This document shows, piece after piece, positions 58,913-64,000 of a stretch of 64,000 nucleotides of DNA. This stretch comes from Candidatus Methylomirabilales bacterium (GTDB lineage Bacteria > Methylomirabilota > Methylomirabilia > Methylomirabilales > CSP1-5). Both the position numbers and the translations under genes were made by a program. The notes beneath the pieces are model-generated. The model searched no databases. It saw only the letters and a program-made list of their open reading frames with translations, and was not told the DNA's origin. The number at the start of each line of letters is the position of its first letter. The stretch's first letter is position 1. The stretch lies in the NCBI GenBank assembly GCA_046758505.1, contig JBHIAH010000001.1, forward strand, positions 32,001 through 96,000, in the 5' to 3' direction.

Positions 58913-59923
58913 ATGAACGCGCACCACCCAGAACCAGAGATCCCGAGAGATGCGGTCCAAAAACGGCGGCGGAGGCGACGGCGTCTTATCCTTGCCTTGG
59001 GGATCGTCGGCCTCCTCGGTTCGACCGTCGTACTCTCGTGGAACCATATGGTAAGCCAGGGTACCCGCAGTGCGCTGTTTGACCGGAAGGGGGACTTGAT
59101 CTCGGCGTTGCCGCTCCCGGCGGCTCCTCCCAGCCCCGAGAGGGCTCAGGACCTCCTGCTTACCAGCTCCACGGGGCTCACGGCCAAGGTCCGCCTCCTC
59201 TCCTCCGCAGAAGGCAAGCTGCTTCCCGGCGTCATTCTGCTCGATGGGATCAAGCAGGGAAGACGGGTGGTGGACTATCCGGCCATCGAGGAAATCAACA
59301 AGCACGCCGTGGTGATGTCGATGGACTATCCCTTGGTATGGGGCAAGAAGTTCAGCGGATGGGACATCCTCCCCGCGTTGGTCACTTTCCGCCAGGCCGC
59401 CCTCGATTCCGTCAGCAGCGTGCTCTTGATGGTCGATTACCTCGAGAGCCGCCCCGACGTCGATAAAGACCGCATCATCCTGGTGGGGACGAGCTTCGGA
59501 GCCCCCGTGGCAGTCATTGCGGGCGCCATCGATTACCGGCCATCGGCCGTGGCCGTCCTGTACGGTGGTGGGAAGCTAGGAGACCTTATTACCCACAACC
59601 TCCGTCGAAGCGGTCGCCTCGGCCGGACCGCGATCCCCCGCCCTGCGGCGGGCTTCTTTGGCCGAGCGATCGCAGCAGCGCTGACCCCCCTCGAGCCGAC
59701 CCGCTATGCCCCTCTCATCGCACCCCGGCCGCTCTTACTGATCAGCGGGGCCGACGACGAGCTGATCCCGCGAGACAGCGTCTTGGCCTTGTACAGGGCG
59801 GCCAGGCCCCCCAAGGACCTCTGGTGGATCCACTCCAAGCACCTCAGACCAAAGCAGCAGGATCTGATGCGGACGCTGATCCGTCAGCTCAACCAGTGGT
59901 TTCAAAGAAAACACCTCCTCTAA
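58913..59923 (+). CDS. Membrane-anchored alpha/beta hydrolase
   Basis: Poly-Arg plus TM segment; GTSFG, DELIP, H. Confidence 0.8.
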   Translation: MNAHHPEPEIPRDAVQKRRRRRRRLILALGIVGLLGSTVVLSWNHMVSQGTRSALFDRKGDLISALPLPAAPPSPERAQDLLLTSSTGLTAKVRLLSSAEGKLLPGVILLDGIKQGRRVVDYPAIEEINKHAVVMSMDYPLVWGKKFSGWDILPALVTFRQAALDSVSSVLLMVDYLESRPDVDKDRIILVGTSFGAPVAVIAGAIDYRPSAVAVLYGGGKLGDLITHNLRRSGRLGRTAIPRPAAGFFGRAIAAALTPLEPTRYAPLIAPRPLLLISGADDELIPRDSVLALYRAARPPKDLWWIHSKHLRPKQQDLMRTLIRQLNQWFQRKHLL

Positions 59924-59933
59924 GGCTCTGCTG

Positions 59934-60644
59934 ATGATCCATCTCCTCCTGTTCGATGTGGACGGAACCCTCATCCATACGGGGGGGGCGGGAGTTCGGT
60001 CGTTTCAAAGGACGTTCCGCGAGCTGTTCGGGATCGAGGCGGTCACAGAGGGAATTCGGTTCCACGGCCGGACCGATCTGGAGATCACCGAGGACATCTG
60101 TGCTGCCAGGCTCGGCCGGTCCCCCACGCCGGAGGAGATCGAAGCGATCTGCAGCCGGTATCTCACCCACCTGCGAGAGGAAGTGCGTCTGTCACCGGGC
60201 TACCGGATCATGCCGGGACTCCCCGGCCTCCTGGAGACGCTTTGCGGTCGGGCCGATGTCCGGTTAGGCCTGGCCACCGGCAATCTCGAAGGTGCAGCCC
60301 GGGTCAAGCTGGGTCGGGCCGATCTGAACCGCTACTTTTCCTTTGGGGGATTTGCTTCCGACGCGAAGGACCGAACCGCGCTGATTCACAAGGCTATTGA
60401 GCGGGGTCAGACCCTCGTGGGCCGATCGCAACACGGGATCCAGGCCATAGTCATCGGCGACACCGATCTCGATATCGCCTGTGGCCGAGAAGCAGGCGCG
60501 ACCACTGTGGCCGTCGCAACCGGCGGTGACTCGTGGGAGACCCTGCTTCAGGCGGCGCCCGACCACCTGCTGAAGGACCTGAGCCACCCCGAAGAGTTGC
60601 TGGCGATCCTCAGCGACTCCCCCGAACCATCCCGCCGCGGCTGA
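59934..60644 (+). CDS. HAD family hydrolase
   Basis: FDVDGTL, ATGN, IGDT..D. Confidence 0.92.
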   Translation: MIHLLLFDVDGTLIHTGGAGVRSFQRTFRELFGIEAVTEGIRFHGRTDLEITEDICAARLGRSPTPEEIEAICSRYLTHLREEVRLSPGYRIMPGLPGLLETLCGRADVRLGLATGNLEGAARVKLGRADLNRYFSFGGFASDAKDRTALIHKAIERGQTLVGRSQHGIQAIVIGDTDLDIACGREAGATTVAVATGGDSWETLLQAAPDHLLKDLSHPEELLAILSDSPEPSRRG

Positions 60645-60859
60645 AGCCTCAGGGGACCCGAGCCCGTTCGGAAGCACGTTGCTGTCCGCCCGGGTCCGGG
60701 CGGTTTCGGGATGGGGGATGTTCCCGCCCCCTCGGCACTACGCCCAGAGCGTGGGATGGGGATCCTTCCTGCTCATGACGGCGGGGAAAACCCGAGGGAG
60801 GAGAAGCCTGGGGGAAAGGCGCGAGCGTTGCGAGATTTCGGCGTAGCGTCGTGCCGCCC

Positions 60860-61663
60860 TCAACCGACGATGTCCTCCCCGCCATCGACACCAACCACGT
60901 TGCCCGTCATCCATTGCGTCTCCGGTTGGCTCAGGACCACGATCCCGGCCGCCACATCGGCGGGGGTCGTCAGACGGTGAAACGGATTCCGCTCTCTGGC
61001 GACCTCGATCATCTTCTCGTGGCCGGGGATCTTGCGGAGGGCCGGGGTGTCGGTCACCCCGGCACGGACGGCATTGACAGCAATTCCCATCGGCGCCAGT
61101 TCCAGCGCCAGCTGTCGAACATGCGACTCCAAGGCGGCCTTGGCGGCGGAGACGGCACCATAGGTCGGCCAGACTCGCTGTCCGCCCGAGCTCGTCATGG
61201 CAAAGACCCTCCCCCCCTCCTGCATCAGTCTTCGCCCAACCAGATCTTGGACCCAGTAGACGAGACTGTGCGCCATCACATCCACCGTCATATCCATCTG
61301 GGGTTTCGTAATGGCTTCGGCGGGGTTCGCTGCGATGAAGGGCTTCAGGGTCCCAAAGGCCAGCGAGTGGAGGAGGACCTTGACCCCCCCCTCCTCACCC
61401 CGTTCCTTCAGGACCTTTTCCATCCGATCCAACGCCTCCCGGCGCTTCTCCTCGTCGGCGGCGTTCATATTGAAGAAATGGGCCTCCCGCCCCATCCCCC
61501 GGATCTCCCCCACGATTCGCTCCACATTGGCCAGGGTGGCTTTTCGATCCATGTGCACTCCGAAGATATGCATTCCGGCTCGCGCCAGGGCCAGACCCGT
61601 AGCCTCTCCGAAGCCGCTCGACGCGCCCAGCACCACAGCCCAACCGCTCAACCGCTCGCTCAC
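60860..61663 (-). CDS. SDR oxidoreductase, FabL-like enoyl-ACP reductase
   Basis: GASSGFG, YGAVSAAKAALE, GVTDTPAL. Confidence 0.85.
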   Translation of the reverse strand: MSERLSGWAVVLGASSGFGEATGLALARAGMHIFGVHMDRKATLANVERIVGEIRGMGREAHFFNMNAADEEKRREALDRMEKVLKERGEEGGVKVLLHSLAFGTLKPFIAANPAEAITKPQMDMTVDVMAHSLVYWVQDLVGRRLMQEGGRVFAMTSSGGQRVWPTYGAVSAAKAALESHVRQLALELAPMGIAVNAVRAGVTDTPALRKIPGHEKMIEVARERNPFHRLTTPADVAAGIVVLSQPETQWMTGNVVGVDGGEDIVG

Positions 61664-61840
61664 TATTTCCTCCCTTCGCTGCGCTTCCACTCGATCTCCA
61701 CACGGCAAATGGCGCAGGGATTCTACCCTAAGAGCGTTTGGGATTCAACGTTGAAACAGGCAACAACGTTCCCGTTTGACACCGAGGAAAAAGAACGGTA
61801 AAATTTTGCCCTCCACGCCACACCGTTCTGGAGGCGGTCC

Positions 61841-62560
61841 ATGCGTCGTGTTTTTCTGTTGGCCCTGATCCTTGCCTGCGCCGTCTTCCCCTGGAAGCGG
61901 GGCGACGCGACCGAGCGTCTCGGGGTCATTCCTGAATCTCTCCTCCGCGATTCTACCTCCCAGGAAATCCGAGAGGTTGTCGAGGGGGCGTCCTACGTCG
62001 GGGAGAAGAAGGGGGTGATCTTCAAGGGGCACCGGGCGGTCTACGAGTACCTCCTGAACCATCTCGACTTCGCCTCCCAGCTCGGCCGGGTCCTGGATCT
62101 TTCCGATTACGCCGTCGAGCAGACGGGAGCCCGGGGCTACGAGGCCACCACCCCCCGGGGGGGATGGGCTCACCTCCAGGTGATCTATGCCGAGGGTGAG
62201 AAGCGGGTGGTCCTCGCCCGTGGGAGATACGGCCGGGCGGTGGTCGTGCTCGATTACACCTCCTTCAATCGCGAGGGGGAGAGTTACATCCTCAGTGACC
62301 TGTACGGGTACGTCCGGGCGGATAACCCCATCCTCGATCTTCTCCTGGGCCTCTTCGGGGGGATCTTGAGTCATCGGGTCAACAAGATCTTCAGCAGTGT
62401 CGCCGAATTGAGCGAGCGCGCCTATACGGCCCCAGCCACCTTCTACGCGGAGCTCCTTCGTCACCCGGAGCTTCCCGCCCACCACCGCCTCGAGTTTGCA
62501 GAGATCCTGAATCGAGCCTCGCATGGCGAGGCTCGGGCGTTTTACGTTTCGCCCACCTGA
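61841..62560 (+). CDS. Exported hypothetical protein
   Basis: RBS GGAGG, signal peptide, 239 aa. Confidence 0.7.
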   Translation: MRRVFLLALILACAVFPWKRGDATERLGVIPESLLRDSTSQEIREVVEGASYVGEKKGVIFKGHRAVYEYLLNHLDFASQLGRVLDLSDYAVEQTGARGYEATTPRGGWAHLQVIYAEGEKRVVLARGRYGRAVVVLDYTSFNREGESYILSDLYGYVRADNPILDLLLGLFGGILSHRVNKIFSSVAELSERAYTAPATFYAELLRHPELPAHHRLEFAEILNRASHGEARAFYVSPT

Positions 62561-62666
62561 GCATCTCTCCTAAAGAGGTCTTTGCGGCTCACATCGTTGT
62601 CGCGTCAGCTGAGGTCTGCATCCCGGCCCGCTGAAGAACGGACCCGCTGAGGCGTTCGTCCCACAC

Positions 62667-63494
62667 CTACTCTACAAAATCAAGCTCGACCGGCCGGGGC
62701 AAGATCCCGCTTTCGAATCCCCGCTGCAGCAGTCTCTTCACCGCCCGCCGTCCCTCCGGTCCGTAGGACAGGGTTAGCTCATTCACATACATACCGACGA
62801 AGGTATCCGTAGAGGACCGGTCCATCCCGCGACCAAAATCCATGGCGTAACTGAGGGCCTCGTGCCGATGCAGGAGGGCGTACTGAATGCCGGCTTGGAG
62901 GAAATGGGCAATCTGCCGCATCCGGGCCCCTCCCAGGTCCCGCCGGACCGCGTTCACGCCCAGCGGCAGCGGGAGTCCCGTCTCGTCATGCCACCAGGCT
63001 CCCAGGTCCAGGCTGTTTACCAGCCCGTGCTCCTGATACGTGAGCTGCCCCTCGTGGATGATCAGGCCTGCGTCGTACCTCCCCTCGGCCACCGCTCCGA
63101 GGATCTGGTCGAAGGGGAGGACGGCGTACGGAAACTCCCCCAGGCAGACCCGCAGGGTGAGAAAGGCGGTGGTGAGGGTCCCGGGGATCGCGATGGTTTC
63201 CCGTCGGAGATCATCAGGGCTGAGAGGTTTCCGCGAGACCAGGATCGGCCCATACCGCTGCCCCATGCTGGCACCGTGGGGGAGCAGGGCATACTTGTCG
63301 GCCACATACGCGTACGCATGGAGCGACAGGGCAGTCACGGGAAGCCTCCCCTCCATCGCCCAGCGGTTCAGGGTCTCGATATCCCGCAGCACGTGGCGGA
63401 ACACGAGGTCGCCCGTCTCGAGCTTCCCCGCCGTGAGGGCGTAAAACATGAAGGCATCGTCCGGGTCCGGACTGTGCCCCACCTCGATAACCAT
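62667..63494 (-). CDS. mqnD: 1,4-dihydroxy-6-naphthoate synthase-like protein (futalosine menaquinone pathway)
   Basis: GHSPDPDDAFMFYAL, DIETLN, IPGTLTTAFL, IIHEGQ, LPLPLG, MYVN. Confidence 0.88.
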   Translation of the reverse strand: MVIEVGHSPDPDDAFMFYALTAGKLETGDLVFRHVLRDIETLNRWAMEGRLPVTALSLHAYAYVADKYALLPHGASMGQRYGPILVSRKPLSPDDLRRETIAIPGTLTTAFLTLRVCLGEFPYAVLPFDQILGAVAEGRYDAGLIIHEGQLTYQEHGLVNSLDLGAWWHDETGLPLPLGVNAVRRDLGGARMRQIAHFLQAGIQYALLHRHEALSYAMDFGRGMDRSSTDTFVGMYVNELTLSYGPEGRRAVKRLLQRGFESGILPRPVELDFVE

Positions 63495-63539
63495 TCGCGG
63501 TTCATGGTTCATGGTTCACCGTCCATGATTCGGTTCCAA

Positions 63540-63728
63540 CAGCACCTGCAGGCCCCGCGCGCCTGGCCTCCCGCGGCGACCCTGGTCGGCGGCTTACGCC
63601 CTGGGTCCCTCCGTGTTCACGCTCCGTGCAGCAACCATGGGCACGAATCGCGCCTCGGTTTCCCAGGCCGTCGCCTGCCGGGGGGCCCCGCCGCTTCCGG
63701 CAATGTCGCTCGGGGCCTGCAGGTGCTG
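63540..63728. repeat. 189-bp element bounded by an 18-bp perfect inverted repeat
   Basis: CAGCACCTGCAGGCCCCG (63540-63557) / CGGGGCCTGCAGGTGCTG (63711-63728). Confidence 0.75.
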
Positions 63729-64000
63729 CCCAAGAACAAGATAAATTCCTCAGGAGCATCGGATCTCTTCGGGAGGGCGAGGGGAGCTGGGCCTGGACCC
63801 GGCGGAACCTGGTTTGCGGGCGGCCGGGGTTCCGCCGCCGGAGCGGAGCGCAGGTGGGGGTGGCCGTCCTGGGCACCGAGTGGAAAACACCGCGCGTAAC
63901 GAAAATCTCTCGACACAGGCACCCGTGGAATTTTTTCGCCGACGCAGGCTGGTCCCTGAGCCGCCCCGTCACCTTACCGTGTCGCCGGGCTTCAGCTCAA

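Noticed and set aside
63969..64000. 3' end of an upstream minus-strand gene (...ELKPGDTVR*)
   Set aside because: Only about 10 codons are in the window, too few to call a product.

Overview
GC-rich bacterial window, densely coding; no rRNA, tRNA, CRISPR array or intact mobile element was seen. Main content: an ATP-grasp gene and the pntAa-pntAb-pntB transhydrogenase operon; a probable 2-hydroxy-acid catabolic cluster (GntR, 2-oxoacid:ferredoxin oxidoreductase alpha/beta/gamma, FAD/Fe-S dehydrogenase, TRAP transporter, enoyl-CoA hydratase, CoA-transferase); a kinase plus divergent enolase pair; an accessory block of short genes; split transketolase; def; msrP; an AAA+/VWA pair; an acyl-CoA ligase-ACP-acyltransferase fusion; and mqnD. 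The strongest signals lie outside the ORF track. (1) A ~335-nt, highly structured, promoter- and terminator-bounded RNA (17696-18030, minus) presents a 14-nt perfect complement of the 16S rRNA 3' end, followed by a 13-aa micro-ORF, inside a closed loop. An orphan sigma-54 promoter with a short terminated transcript faces it. (2) Two genes that the ORF caller split at an in-frame UGA, a secreted peroxiredoxin-like protein and an OsmC-family protein, have the UGA at the catalytic Cys position and a SECIS-like hairpin 11-12 nt downstream, so both are probable selenoproteins. Also seen: several sigma-54 promoters and intergenic heptamer-repeat arrays. All product calls come from motif recognition by eye, not from database searches.
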